Assembly (NCBI RefSeq): GCF_011050675.1 | Contig: NZ_DRFI01000023.1 | Strand: one strand, 5' to 3' | DNA from: Maribacter sp. | GTDB taxonomy: Bacteria > Bacteroidota > Bacteroidia > Flavobacteriales > Flavobacteriaceae | DNA length: 64,000 bases | In this document: piece by piece, positions 1 through 10,103 of the stretch | How the letters are laid out: each line of letters opens with the position of its first letter | How positions within the stretch are numbered: position 1 is the first letter of the stretch | Program-made: the position numbers and the translations under genes | The notes under the pieces: generated by a model | What the model was told of the DNA's origin: nothing | Database searches by the model: none | The model's input: only the letters and a program-made list of their open reading frames with translations

Positions 1-2
1 AT

Positions 3-251
3 CCTGAATACAATTTTGTGTATTTAGAGAATACGGACAGTGAGAAATATACTTTTAAACAAGAGCATTTTGCTGACACCAAAATGGCAAGATGGTTTTT
101 AATGGATACGGCAGACATTGACGGTGATGGTGATGACGATATTGTTTTAAGTTCACTAACTTTTTCTTTTACGCCTGCACCTAAAGATTTAGAAGAAGCA
201 TGGAGAGAAAGTTATACAGACCTTCTTATTTTAGAAAATAAACTACATTAG
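3..251 (+). CDS. 3' end of a larger CDS with an acidic Ca-binding-like FG-GAP/VCBS-type repeat (DTADIDGDGDDDIV); partial gene
   Basis: The ORF frame is open back to window position 3 (GTG at 18 is only the first start-like codon). DxDxDGxxDD motif. Ends ...ILENKLH at 251. Confidence 0.5.
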   Translation, partial: PEYNFVYLENTDSEKYTFKQEHFADTKMARWFLMDTADIDGDGDDDIVLSSLTFSFTPAPKDLEEAWRESYTDLLILENKLH

Positions 252-256
252 TAGGT

Positions 257-679
257 ATGATCAAAAGATTATCCATTTTGTTTTTCTTGGTAATAGCTTT
301 TAGCTGTTCGGATAAACCCGTGGATGATAAGTATAATTGGATTCCTTTAAAAGTAACGGCGACCGCATACAATTCACTTCCTTACCAAACATCATACGAG
401 CATCCTGCTATAACTGCATGGGGAGATTCTATAAAACCTGGTGTAAAATGGATTGCTGTTTCTAGAGATTTACTTAAGAAAGGGCTTTCATATAACACCA
501 TGATCAAAATAGATACTTTTGATGGTATTTATATTGTTAAGGATAAAATGCATGCTCGTTGGCGAAATCGTATTGACATATATATGGGAGAAGATGTCAA
601 AAAAGCTAAAGAATGGGGTAGACGCAAACTGACCATTACTTATGCCGTAAAAAAGGATAGTTTAGTAATAATTGAATGA
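257..679 (+). CDS. 3D-domain (MltA/YuiC-like) secreted protein, probable peptidoglycan-binding/lytic
   Basis: N-terminal lipoprotein-like signal (LVIAFSC). C-terminal 3D-domain-like segment VTATAYNS...DIYMGE...YAV. Confidence 0.6.
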   Translation: MIKRLSILFFLVIAFSCSDKPVDDKYNWIPLKVTATAYNSLPYQTSYEHPAITAWGDSIKPGVKWIAVSRDLLKKGLSYNTMIKIDTFDGIYIVKDKMHARWRNRIDIYMGEDVKKAKEWGRRKLTITYAVKKDSLVIIE

Positions 680-1338
680 TGAAACAAAGTGCTATTTATT
701 TTATTTTAGGTCTATTATTAATATCATGTACTTCTACAAAAAGTATTGTGGACCATCCGATTACATTTAATGAAGAGCGAAAAATATTGACTCTAGAATA
801 TCTTCAAAATAGATATGGATTAGAGCAGGAGCTACCCAAAATTGACCCTAAGATGATTGTTTTACATTGGACGGTCATTCCTACATTCGAAAAATCATTC
901 GAAGCCTTTGATCTTGTTACATTACCTAATTGGCGACCAGATATTAAAAATGTTAGTGGTTTAAATGTTTCTTCTCAATTTATGGTAGATAGAGATGGAA
1001 CCATTTATCAGCTTTTACCTGAAACAACCATGGCAAGGCACGTCATAGGGCTTAACCATTGTGCTATTGGCGTTGAGAATGTTGGCGGAACCGAAGATTT
1101 ACCTTTGACAAGAGCACAACTAAAATCAAACATTTGGTTGGTTAACTATTTGAAAGATAAATATGATATTGACTATTTAATAGGACATTACGAATACACA
1201 TTGTTTGAAAATCACCCCTTGTGGTTAGAGCAAGATGACGGATACCGTACTGTAAAAACAGACCCGGGACCAGATTTTATGAACAATGTTAGAAAAGCTG
1301 TGAAGAATTTAAATTTTAAGGAGCTACCGAAAAACTAA
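676..1338 (+). CDS. N-acetylmuramoyl-L-alanine amidase (Amidase_2/PGRP fold, AmpD-like)
   Basis: Motifs MIVLHWT, NHCAIGVENVGG and HYEYT are typical of the Amidase_2 family. Signal peptide present. Overlaps the upstream gene by 4 nt (ATGA). Confidence 0.75.
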   Translation: MMKQSAIYFILGLLLISCTSTKSIVDHPITFNEERKILTLEYLQNRYGLEQELPKIDPKMIVLHWTVIPTFEKSFEAFDLVTLPNWRPDIKNVSGLNVSSQFMVDRDGTIYQLLPETTMARHVIGLNHCAIGVENVGGTEDLPLTRAQLKSNIWLVNYLKDKYDIDYLIGHYEYTLFENHPLWLEQDDGYRTVKTDPGPDFMNNVRKAVKNLNFKELPKN

Positions 1339-1367
1339 AAAAGAATCAATAAAACAAAACAATCTAA

Positions 1368-2831
1368 ATGAAACATATAGTACTTGTATTAATAGGTTTA
1401 TTTTCCTTTTCTGTAATGGGTCAATCAAATAACATAACTACTCAGTTGTTTGACAGCTATGATAATTATAAGGAAAGCTCTATTGGAAAACGACGTATTA
1501 AACGAGCGGATATTCAACCGTTAATTGATAAATATTCCAATAACGGAAAGTTTAAAGTAAATAAAGTGGGAACCTCTATTGGAGGTAAAAATTTGAGTCT
1601 AATAAGTATTGGTACAGGCGAAACAAATGTTTTTCTTTGGTCTCAAATGCATGGAGACGAGCCTACTGCAACACAAGCTATTTTCGACATTTTAAATTTC
1701 TTTGATAGCTCTGATTTTAAAACTGAAAAACAAGCTATTCTTGCCAACCTAACAGTTCATTTTCTACCAATGCTAAACCCAGATGGCGCAGAACTTTTTC
1801 AACGTAGAAATTTATTGGGTATAGATATTAATAGAGATGCTTTGCGTTTACAATCGCCAGAATCGCAAACTTTAAAACGTGTACGCGATAGTTTAGATGC
1901 TGATTTTGGATTTAACCTACACGATCAAAGCACTTATTATAATGCAGAACGCACCGACAAGCCTGCTACTATTTCATATTTGGCACCAGCTTATAATTAT
2001 GAAAAAGAAATTAATGAAACACGTGGTAATGCTATGAAAATTATCGTGTTCATGAATGACATACTTCAAAAATATGCCCCTGGACAAGTAGGGCGTTATA
2101 ATGATGATTTTGAGCCTAGAGCTTTTGGAGATAATATTCAGAAATGGGGTACAAGTACTATTTTAATAGAATCTGGTGGTTACGATGGCGATATAGAAAA
2201 ACAAGAAATTAGAAAACTTAATTATACCTCTATTTTATCTGCTATATATACGATTGCAATGAAATCTTACGAGGCTATTAGTATGGATGAATATGAAAAG
2301 ATACCGGAGAACGACAGAAAATTATTCGATTTAAAAATAACCGGAGCTAATTATAATCTAAAAGGTAATACATATACCATCGATTTAGGAATTAATCAGG
2401 TGGAAGTAGATTATCCAGACCACAACTCATTTTGGTACAGCAGTCGTGTTTTAGATCAGGGAGACCTATCTACTTATTATGGGTATGAAACTTTAGATGC
2501 TTCTGGCTATACCATAAAGCAAGCAAAAGCATATCCAACTACTTTAAACACATTTGAAGAAGTTAAAGCTTTAAATTTTAAAGATGTATTAAAGCAAGGC
2601 TATGGATATGTGCGTATGTCAACCATACCTTTAAAGCAAGTTAACTCGCCATTTCCGTTTCATTTGATTGGAAAGAAATATACCGTTCCAGAATTGAATT
2701 TAGCACCAGGTATCAACCCAACTTTCTTTTTAGAAAAAGCTGGTAAAATTGAATACGCGATTATAAATGGTTTTTTAGTGAACTTACAAGAAACAAATAT
2801 CGATGTGCCAAATAGTATGATATTTAGATAA
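1368..2831 (+). CDS. M14-family zinc carboxypeptidase
   Basis: Signal peptide. WSQMHGDEP zinc-ligand motif (HxxE), and downstream ESGGY..G that could supply a third zinc ligand. Length 487 aa. Confidence 0.75.
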   Translation: MKHIVLVLIGLFSFSVMGQSNNITTQLFDSYDNYKESSIGKRRIKRADIQPLIDKYSNNGKFKVNKVGTSIGGKNLSLISIGTGETNVFLWSQMHGDEPTATQAIFDILNFFDSSDFKTEKQAILANLTVHFLPMLNPDGAELFQRRNLLGIDINRDALRLQSPESQTLKRVRDSLDADFGFNLHDQSTYYNAERTDKPATISYLAPAYNYEKEINETRGNAMKIIVFMNDILQKYAPGQVGRYNDDFEPRAFGDNIQKWGTSTILIESGGYDGDIEKQEIRKLNYTSILSAIYTIAMKSYEAISMDEYEKIPENDRKLFDLKITGANYNLKGNTYTIDLGINQVEVDYPDHNSFWYSSRVLDQGDLSTYYGYETLDASGYTIKQAKAYPTTLNTFEEVKALNFKDVLKQGYGYVRMSTIPLKQVNSPFPFHLIGKKYTVPELNLAPGINPTFFLEKAGKIEYAIINGFLVNLQETNIDVPNSMIFR

Positions 2832-2865
2832 AACTATTTAGTGAAAGTATTAAAATAAGGCATAA

Positions 2866-2900
2866 AAAAAAGGGAAGCATTTGCTTCCCTTTTTTATTTT
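2866..2900. terminator. Bidirectional intrinsic terminator between convergent genes
   Basis: Stem gggaagca (2872-2879), loop tt, stem tgcttccc (2882-2889). Flanked by an A-run on one side and a T-run on the other. Confidence 0.75.
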
Positions 2901-2915
2901 ATACAGGTCTAATTC

Positions 2916-3746
2916 TTACAAACCGTCTTCTGCATCTAAAAGTGCAAAGAACTTATCTAAGTTAGGTAAGATGATGATTTTAGTTCTTCTGTTCATCGCC
3001 ATGTTCTCTTTAGTATCGTTTTCTACTAAAGGTAAGTAACTGCTTCTACCAGAAGCGATAAGTTGAGAAGGATCTACATCGTACTGCTTCTGTAATTTAC
3101 GTACAATTGAAGTCGCACGTTTTACACTTAAATCCCAGTTATCTGTAACCATTGGAGTGTTAATAGTTCTAGAATCTGTATGACCTTCAACCATTACTTC
3201 CATACTTGGCTCTGACTTAATTACGTCTGCCAATTTTCTCAATATTTTATCAGCCTTACTACTTACGTTATAGCTTGCAGTGTTGAATAATAACTCATCT
3301 GAGATATTGATCATAACTACAGTTTTATCAATACTTACATCGATATCTTCACCTTCTTCAGAAATTGATTGCTTCAATTTATAAGAAACAGCCAAGTTCA
3401 TTGAATCTTGTAATGTCTTAGCACCTGCTAATTTTACTGGATCAACATTTTTCAATGTATTTCTCATTTTAGCTTTAGTATTGTTACTCATAACAGCAAC
3501 ATCATCAACGCTTGTGAACTGGCTATCGTTCATTTCTTTTAATGAGTTAATTTTAGAATTGTACTCTTCAACACGAGCTTCAATTTTTGTCATTTGAGCT
3601 TGTAGATCCTCTTTCTCTACTTGAGTCTTTTGTAAAGTACTCTGAGTTTGAGATAGGTTATCTTCTAAAGCAACATATTTCTTTTTTGAAACACATGAAG
3701 TTAAAAGCGCTACCGATAAAATAGTAACTAAGGATAATCTTTTCAT
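2916..3746 (-). CDS. OmpA-family lipoprotein (N-terminal coiled coil plus C-terminal OmpA/MotB peptidoglycan-binding domain)
   Basis: Lipobox LLTSC. Q/E/K-rich heptads. C-terminal EGHTDS...NRRTKIIILPN is characteristic of the OmpA_C-like domain. Confidence 0.75.
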   Translation of the reverse strand: MKRLSLVTILSVALLTSCVSKKKYVALEDNLSQTQSTLQKTQVEKEDLQAQMTKIEARVEEYNSKINSLKEMNDSQFTSVDDVAVMSNNTKAKMRNTLKNVDPVKLAGAKTLQDSMNLAVSYKLKQSISEEGEDIDVSIDKTVVMINISDELLFNTASYNVSSKADKILRKLADVIKSEPSMEVMVEGHTDSRTINTPMVTDNWDLSVKRATSIVRKLQKQYDVDPSQLIASGRSSYLPLVENDTKENMAMNRRTKIIILPNLDKFFALLDAEDGL

Positions 3747-3904
3747 TTTGTTCTCTGTTTAATTAATATTAGTCTAATCGGTTTTATATACGGCACAAAT
3801 CGATAAACGGACGTTTAAAACATAAGACCAAAGATGATGACCCTATAAATATTAAGGTCAACAAAATGATTATCAATAAGTTGATCATTTCAATTTAGGG
3901 CAAA

Positions 3905-3935
3905 AAAAAAGAAGCATTTTCATGCTTCTGTCTGT
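3905..3935 (-). terminator. Intrinsic terminator for the vWA gene (minus strand)
   Basis: Stem gaagcat (3911-3917), loop tttc, stem atgcttc (3922-3928). On the minus strand the hairpin is followed by T9 (rc of aaaaaaaaa at 3902-3910). Confidence 0.6.
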
Positions 3936-3953
3936 ATTTTAAAGGTGTTTTAC

Positions 3954-5051
3954 TTATTCACAACCACCTGTAAATCCGTTTGCACTAAACTTGGTTTGTA
4001 CTGCTCCTTGTCTAGAACCCGTATTAATTTCAATGGCTAAATTGTTTTCACCACTTCCATCTCTTTTTGGACTACAGTATTCAAATAAGTAAAAGCTATT
4101 AGCTCTTTCTGAAACTTTCTCAGATATATCTCTAAATGTTCTTTCTAACTCATCTTTGTTCTGAGCAAATACACTTGCTGTTTTTCCTATAGCCGTTAAT
4201 ACTTCCGTATCTATCTCAGCACCTAAACCAATGCTAAAGAAAGATATGTTCGCATTAGCTTCATCTACTTTTTTCAAAGCCGCATCTTCAGTAAAACGAG
4301 AAGCCTGATCGGTACCATCTGTAAAAATAACTACTGATGCTGCACCAATTTTACCATCTGCTGTAGATACTTTTACCAAGTCCGATGCTATGTCGGTCGA
4401 TTTTATAACCGCTCCATACAAATCGGTAGAAGGGTCATTACTAATATCATCTGTAATACCTTCTACTGCATCTTTAAGTTCTGTTCTTGAAGAGGACAAT
4501 GCATTTAATAAATGTAGCTCATCTTCGCCATCAAACCAATAAATAGCCATTTTCACAGATTCCTGTGTTGTAGTTGGCATAACTGCATCTATAAAACTAG
4601 TAGAAGCAAACTTCAATTCTTCTAAGCTACTACTTAAAACACTATTACTTAAATCTAATACCAATAAGGTATTATTCGAAAATATCTGCGAATTAGGTGA
4701 AATACGCGCAGAAGACTCTGATGTTGAAATAGTATTGAAACAATCATCATTTCTACCTTGCTCGTAAATAGTAAATTGATTAGCGGTTAACCCAGGTACA
4801 GGGTTTCCACTAGTGTCTGAAACTCTAAAGAAAACAGATACTTTACCGGGTAACGTTGTATATTGTTCTTGTATAGATAAAACTAATTCACCTTCCTCAA
4901 GTCCTAAACAATCATCTACCTCTGTGCCTTTTCCCAAACCTTCCCCAGTGTTCAAATCTAATCTTACATCATCATCGGCATTACCACAAGAAACTAATAG
5001 CGTCAGTAGAAAAAATATACTATATGTCTTTAAAAAATTTTTCATATTCAA
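3954..5051 (-). CDS. von Willebrand factor type A (vWA) domain lipoprotein
   Basis: Lipobox LVSC. MIDAS-like LVLDLSNSV...FTDGTDQ. The N-terminal region is D/G/E-rich. Confidence 0.7.
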   Translation of the reverse strand: MNMKNFLKTYSIFFLLTLLVSCGNADDDVRLDLNTGEGLGKGTEVDDCLGLEEGELVLSIQEQYTTLPGKVSVFFRVSDTSGNPVPGLTANQFTIYEQGRNDDCFNTISTSESSARISPNSQIFSNNTLLVLDLSNSVLSSSLEELKFASTSFIDAVMPTTTQESVKMAIYWFDGEDELHLLNALSSSRTELKDAVEGITDDISNDPSTDLYGAVIKSTDIASDLVKVSTADGKIGAASVVIFTDGTDQASRFTEDAALKKVDEANANISFFSIGLGAEIDTEVLTAIGKTASVFAQNKDELERTFRDISEKVSERANSFYLFEYCSPKRDGSGENNLAIEINTGSRQGAVQTKFSANGFTGGCE

Positions 5052-5255
5052 TTATTATGGGTTCAACTAGCAGAACGGACAAAGTTTATTTAAATTATGG
5101 GGAATAAAAAAATAAATGTTAAAGATTGTTAAAGCAATAATTACAAAGGATATAAAATTGTCAAAACCCCTATATTTCCGTAGGTTTAAGTCAATTGGAA
5201 TAAGGTTTATTTAACCTTGGTTTCACTAATTTAGAAGCGTAACAACTAACAATAC

Positions 5256-6266
5256 ATGACTCACGAGTTCAAGAATATTATAAAAGAGTTTGTAATTGCT
5301 AAAAATGCAGGTTTAAAATGTGTTTTAGCAACGGTCGTAGATTTAGATGGTTCATCTTATCGTAGACCAGGTGTGCGCATGCTTATTCGTGAAGATAATG
5401 TAATGATAGGCGCTGTAAGCGGTGGGTGTGTTGAAAAGGAAGTTCTTTTTCAGGCACAATCTGTATTTGAAAAACAAATCGCAAAATTAATGACCTATGA
5501 TGGACGGTATCGTTTAGGTTGTGAAGGTATACTGTATCTTTTGTTAGAACCTTTCTCACCAAATGAATCTCTCATTGTAGATTTTAATTTGGAAATAGAA
5601 AATCGTTCATTTTTTAAACTATCTACATCTTATAAAAAGGAATATGGAAAACTTGAGGGGTTTGGGACATTTATTCATTTAAACTCAAAGGTTTATGCAT
5701 TCAATGAAAATACTCGCGAGCAACTAAATGCTTTGACCTTTACACAAAACATGCCTCCATGTCAACGCCTTTTATTAATTGGCGGTGAACATGATACAGT
5801 ACAATTAGCTCAATTTGGTATAAACATGGGATGGGAAGTAACCGTTGCTGTTACGCCAAAGGAAGACAAAATCAAGGCAGATTTCCCAGGAATAGATGAT
5901 TTATTAAACTATGAACCCGAAGATTTTCCTGTAGAGACTATAGACACTAATACCGCTGTTATTTTAATGACACATAGTTATGTAAAAGATTTAAAGTATT
6001 TAATGGTTCTTAAAAACAGTAATCCTGCGTATTTAGGCGTACTAGGTCCTGCTAAACGTAGAGAGAAATTATTGTCAGAACTACTGGAGCATGATATGGA
6101 AGTGAAAATGGATTTTATTGAAAATATTCATGGCCCAGCAGGATTAAATATTGGTGCTATAACACCACAAGAAATTGCTATTTCCATACTGGCAGAAATT
6201 TTAACGGTTATAAGAAAAACAAATCCTATGATGTTAAAAGACAAACTGAAAGAAATTCACCATTGA
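5256..6266 (+). CDS. xdhC: XdhC/CoxI-family molybdoenzyme maturation protein
   Basis: N-terminal XdhC_CoxI segment (VLATVVDLDGSSYRRPGVRM). C-terminal Rossmann-like GPAGLNIGAITPQEIAISILAEI, typical of XdhC. Confidence 0.75.
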   Translation: MTHEFKNIIKEFVIAKNAGLKCVLATVVDLDGSSYRRPGVRMLIREDNVMIGAVSGGCVEKEVLFQAQSVFEKQIAKLMTYDGRYRLGCEGILYLLLEPFSPNESLIVDFNLEIENRSFFKLSTSYKKEYGKLEGFGTFIHLNSKVYAFNENTREQLNALTFTQNMPPCQRLLLIGGEHDTVQLAQFGINMGWEVTVAVTPKEDKIKADFPGIDDLLNYEPEDFPVETIDTNTAVILMTHSYVKDLKYLMVLKNSNPAYLGVLGPAKRREKLLSELLEHDMEVKMDFIENIHGPAGLNIGAITPQEIAISILAEILTVIRKTNPMMLKDKLKEIHH

Positions 6267-6871
6267 AAAATGAACCACATATTGCTGTTTTATTAATGGC
6301 GGCCGGTGCATCTAAAAGAATGGATGGTATTAAACAATTAATGCCATGGAAAGATTCTAACTTTTTATTGGAAACCATTAAAACGGTTCAAAAAACTAAT
6401 TTGAGGGTCATTCAAGTTGTTTTAGGAGCTAATGCCGAAATTATTACTACTCAGTGTGGTTTTAAGGACGTCAATATTATCACTAATCCTAATTGGAATA
6501 ATGGATTGGGCAACAGCATAGCATACGGAGTTAAAGTAATACTTAAGGAGAAAAATACTATAGACGGCATCTTAATCTGCCTTGTTGACCAACCTTTACT
6601 CACTCATGAGTATCTACAATCTATTACAGACGCGTTTAAAAAGAACCCCACAAAAATAATAGCAACAAACTATGGTAATAGGGCAGGAGTACCCGCTTTG
6701 TTTCCTAAATTGCTGTTTAAAAAATTATCTGAATTGGAAGGTGATTTTGGAGCAAAAGACATCTTAAATAATCCACAGAATGCTATTATTCAATTAGAAG
6801 CAGGAAATCAGATCATAGATATCGACACCAAAGAAGAATACAATCAATTATTGAATCAAACCAAAAAATGA
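6263..6871 (+). CDS. MobA-like NTP transferase (molybdenum cofactor cytidylyl/guanylyltransferase, MocA-like)
   Basis: LLMAAGASKRMDG matches the LAGGxSxRMG nucleotidyltransferase motif. TTG start overlaps the xdhC stop by 4 nt; an ATG at 6296 is an alternative start. Confidence 0.7.
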   Translation: MKNEPHIAVLLMAAGASKRMDGIKQLMPWKDSNFLLETIKTVQKTNLRVIQVVLGANAEIITTQCGFKDVNIITNPNWNNGLGNSIAYGVKVILKEKNTIDGILICLVDQPLLTHEYLQSITDAFKKNPTKIIATNYGNRAGVPALFPKLLFKKLSELEGDFGAKDILNNPQNAIIQLEAGNQIIDIDTKEEYNQLLNQTKK

Positions 6872-7968
6872 GCACACCCATTAGTAAATTAAAATTAGCA
6901 ATTGCAGTTACGATTTGTTCTATAATTTCTACCCCTATAATAGCCCAAGAAATGGGCTTTGAAGAATATAACCCAACATCTACATTAGTGGTGCCTAGTG
7001 CAGAAATCACAAAAGCAAAATTCCCCTTCATTGACGTGCACAGTCATCAGAGAGATATGTCCGTTGAAGCCCTAGATGGTTTAATTGGTCATATGGATGC
7101 AATGAACGAGGCTATTATGGTGAACTTAAGTGGTAGATCTGGTGAAAGTCTCAAAGAAAAAATCGATAATATTGATAAGAGCTACCCTAACAGATTTGTA
7201 GTTTTTGCCAATGTTGATTTTGAAGGCGCAAAAGATATGGCTTGGGGAGAGAAAGCTGCTGAACAATTAGAGCAGGATATTAAAAATGGAGCAAAGGGAT
7301 TAAAAATCTTTAAAAGTTTAGGGTTAAGAAATAAAGATGCTGATGGTAATCGTTTGGCAATAGATGATTCTAGATTAGATCCTATTTGGGCAAAATGTGC
7401 AGAAATGGGAGTGCCCGTTTTAATACATGCTGCAGATCCAAAATCTTTTTGGAATGAAATGGATTCAGATAACGAACGTTGGTTAGAATTGAAAACACAC
7501 CCAAGAAGAAAACGCACAGCTACTGATCCTGCATCGTTTGAGCAAATTATACAGGAGCAACATAATGTTTTCAAAAAACACCCGAATACTAAATTTATAA
7601 ACGCCCATATGGGGTGGCATGCCAATAACTTAGAAAAATTAGGTGAATTGTTAGATGAAATGTCAAATATGAATGTTGGTATATCTGCAGTTATCGCCGA
7701 ACTTGGTAGACAACCACAGAATGCTAGAGCATTTTTTATAAAATACCAAGACAGGGTTTTATTTGGTAAGGATAGCTGGAAACCAGAAGAATTTCCTACT
7801 TACTTTCGAGTATTGGAAAGTAATGATGAGTATTTCCCTTATTACAAGAAATACCATGCTTTTTGGGCAATGTACGGACTAAACCTTCCTGATGATGTGT
7901 TGAAAAAATTGTACTATCAAAATGCTTTGAGCCTAATCCCAGGATTAGACGCAACGTTATTTGAGTAA
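6868..7968 (+). CDS. Amidohydrolase-family metal-dependent hydrolase (TIM barrel), secreted
   Basis: Signal peptide. FIDVHSHQ metal-binding His pair near the N-terminus. 366 aa. Overlaps the upstream gene by 4 nt. Confidence 0.6.
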   Translation: MSTPISKLKLAIAVTICSIISTPIIAQEMGFEEYNPTSTLVVPSAEITKAKFPFIDVHSHQRDMSVEALDGLIGHMDAMNEAIMVNLSGRSGESLKEKIDNIDKSYPNRFVVFANVDFEGAKDMAWGEKAAEQLEQDIKNGAKGLKIFKSLGLRNKDADGNRLAIDDSRLDPIWAKCAEMGVPVLIHAADPKSFWNEMDSDNERWLELKTHPRRKRTATDPASFEQIIQEQHNVFKKHPNTKFINAHMGWHANNLEKLGELLDEMSNMNVGISAVIAELGRQPQNARAFFIKYQDRVLFGKDSWKPEEFPTYFRVLESNDEYFPYYKKYHAFWAMYGLNLPDDVLKKLYYQNALSLIPGLDATLFE

Positions 7969-8264
7969 TAGTTTATACTTTTTTAAGTATAACCGTTTTT
8001 TCCACAACAGGAATATCTTTTACATCTTGGAAAATACCACATGATACTTGCTTTTTAGCTAGTGCTGGGGTATTTTTTCTTTTTGTCAAAGCCTCAATTT
8101 CCGGATTTAAAAACTGCATATCAGAATATTTTTTAATAAAACGCACTTATATGGCTCATGTTGTATGAGTTAGGTCTTTTTTACAATAATTTAAAAAAGA
8201 ATTTACCATGGAGTGTGACAAACTAGATAAGATATATACTAATAAGTAAATAAGTTTTTTATAA

Positions 8265-8753
8265 ATGCAGAAAGAAGCAGTCTTTACTGATTTGGTAAGA
8301 GAACATCAAGCACTTTTATATAAAGTGACTTCAATCTACATTGATAATAAAGAAGATCAAGAAGATTTATTTCAAGAAGTAGTATATCAACTTTGGAAGT
8401 ATTTCGACTCGTTCCGGAACGATTCAAAAATAACAACTTGGATGTATCGGGTGGCCATGAATACTGCTATCACTTATATAAAAAGAAAAAAGAGAAGACC
8501 AGACTCGGTTCCTATTGCTGATGTTTTTATAAAACAGTCAGAAATTAAAGATGAAGTTTTTGAAGAAAGACTACGGCTACTTTATCGGCACCTACAACAT
8601 TTAAACACCTTGGAAAAAGGACTTATTTTTCTATTACTTGAAGGTAAAAGCTATAAGGAAATAGCGCAGATTACTGGATTGAGTGCCAGTAATGTTGGCA
8701 CAAAGATATCTCGTGTAAAGAAAAAATTAAAAACTAACATGACAAATCATTAA
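8265..8753 (+). CDS. RNA polymerase ECF-type sigma-70 factor
   Basis: Region 2 (LFQEVVYQLWKYFDSF) and region 4 HTH (SYKEIAQITGLSASNVGTKISRVKKKL). Confidence 0.8.
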   Translation: MQKEAVFTDLVREHQALLYKVTSIYIDNKEDQEDLFQEVVYQLWKYFDSFRNDSKITTWMYRVAMNTAITYIKRKKRRPDSVPIADVFIKQSEIKDEVFEERLRLLYRHLQHLNTLEKGLIFLLLEGKSYKEIAQITGLSASNVGTKISRVKKKLKTNMTNH

Positions 8754-8756
8754 ATC

Positions 8757-9356
8757 ATGGAAATAGAAGAGCTACAATCTGCCTGGATACAAATGAGCCA
8801 AGAATTAAGTCAACAGAAAAAATTAACGAATGAAATTATTTTGGATATGACAAAACAGAAATATCAAAACAAATTCACCATGCTAACTAAGTACGAGACT
8901 ATAGGCGCATTTATATGTTTCGTTATTGCTTTCTTTGTATTATTAAATTTTGGTAAGCTAGACACTTGGTATTTAAAAGTTTGTGGCGTATTAACGCTTT
9001 CATTTCTTTTAATTTTACCTGTAATGGTGCTAAGCACGCTTAAAAAAATTAAGAATATTGATATTACCAACGGCTCGTACAAAGAGAATTTAAAAGTCTA
9101 TTTAAAAACAAAGAACAGACTTCTAAAATTGCAACAGGTTGGTATGGCAATAGGTTTTATAGGGCTACTATTCATTGTTCCTGTTACATCAAAAATCATT
9201 TCGGATAAAAATGTTTTCTTAACCAATCTTAAAGTAGAGCAATACATCATATTTGCTATAACTTTAGTGGTATTAGCATTTTTTTGCAAATGGGCTTATA
9301 AAGGCTATCAGAAGATTACCCAATCTGCTCAGGATTTAATTAAGGATTTAGAATAA
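8757..9356 (+). CDS. Membrane protein co-transcribed with the ECF sigma factor (possible anti-sigma factor)
   Basis: Starts 4 nt after the sigma gene. Three to four predicted TM helices. No zinc-finger anti-sigma motif. Confidence 0.5.
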   Translation: MEIEELQSAWIQMSQELSQQKKLTNEIILDMTKQKYQNKFTMLTKYETIGAFICFVIAFFVLLNFGKLDTWYLKVCGVLTLSFLLILPVMVLSTLKKIKNIDITNGSYKENLKVYLKTKNRLLKLQQVGMAIGFIGLLFIVPVTSKIISDKNVFLTNLKVEQYIIFAITLVVLAFFCKWAYKGYQKITQSAQDLIKDLE

Positions 9357-9361
9357 GGTTA

Positions 9362-9991
9362 TTATTCGGTAAGTTTCTTCTGAATGTAATTTAATATTAG
9401 CATCCAATTCATTTTTAATAGGAGTGAAGCTGTTGGTACATTATCATCTGCAATTGCAGCTATGATGGACTCATGCTGATTGTCTGACTTATTATAGAAT
9501 GAATCATCGTTTGTAAAAGCACGTTCATAAAAAAATATGCGTGTTTTTAAATCGTTTAGAATTTTTAAGGCCAAATTATTTTTATACCCTTTTGCCAATA
9601 GTCTATGAAATTCTAAATCTGCTTGAATTCTTGAAATAGCATCAGTTGCATTTTCAAATACATCTTGTTGATTTTTTAGTTTGATAATATCCTCTTCATT
9701 AAACTCAGAATTTTCAATAGCCATTACTTCTAAATTAGCCACTAATTCATAAAGATCTTCGGCTTCCTCTACATCCAATTCCGCAATTATAAACCCCCTA
9801 TTGGGTACGGCTTTGATTATGTGCGCCTGTTGAAGTTGAGTTAATGCCTCCCTAATTGGCGTAACGCTGACTTTTAGATGCCTAGCAAGTGCGGCTAAAT
9901 TAATAGTTTTACCAATTTTAAGATTACCAGTAATCATTTCTGACAGTAAGTAATCCCGCACCTGATCCCTTAAATTTATTTTCACTAACAT
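9362..9991 (-). CDS. GntR-family transcriptional regulator (FadR-like, FCD effector domain)
   Basis: N-terminal wHTH (LAALARHLKVSVTPIREAL) and a C-terminal all-helical FCD-like domain. Confidence 0.75.
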   Translation of the reverse strand: MLVKINLRDQVRDYLLSEMITGNLKIGKTINLAALARHLKVSVTPIREALTQLQQAHIIKAVPNRGFIIAELDVEEAEDLYELVANLEVMAIENSEFNEEDIIKLKNQQDVFENATDAISRIQADLEFHRLLAKGYKNNLALKILNDLKTRIFFYERAFTNDDSFYNKSDNQHESIIAAIADDNVPTASLLLKMNWMLILNYIQKKLTE

Positions 9992-10103
9992 GTATCAAAT
10001 ATAATATATCGTATACGATATAACAGAAAATAAACTGGTTTAGTGCTTTTCAGATTACTAATAGCAAAATGATATGAGTGATGAGTTCATATCATTGAAA
10101 TTA

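Noticed and set aside
4813-5070. 85-aa plus-strand ORF overlapping the vWA gene
   Set aside because: It is entirely antisense to a well-supported CDS, with a Ser/Pro-rich low-complexity translation. It is a shadow ORF.
7182-7625. 147-aa minus-strand ORF inside the amidohydrolase gene
   Set aside because: It is antisense to a motif-bearing CDS, and its Cys/Ser-rich composition is typical of a reverse-frame artefact.
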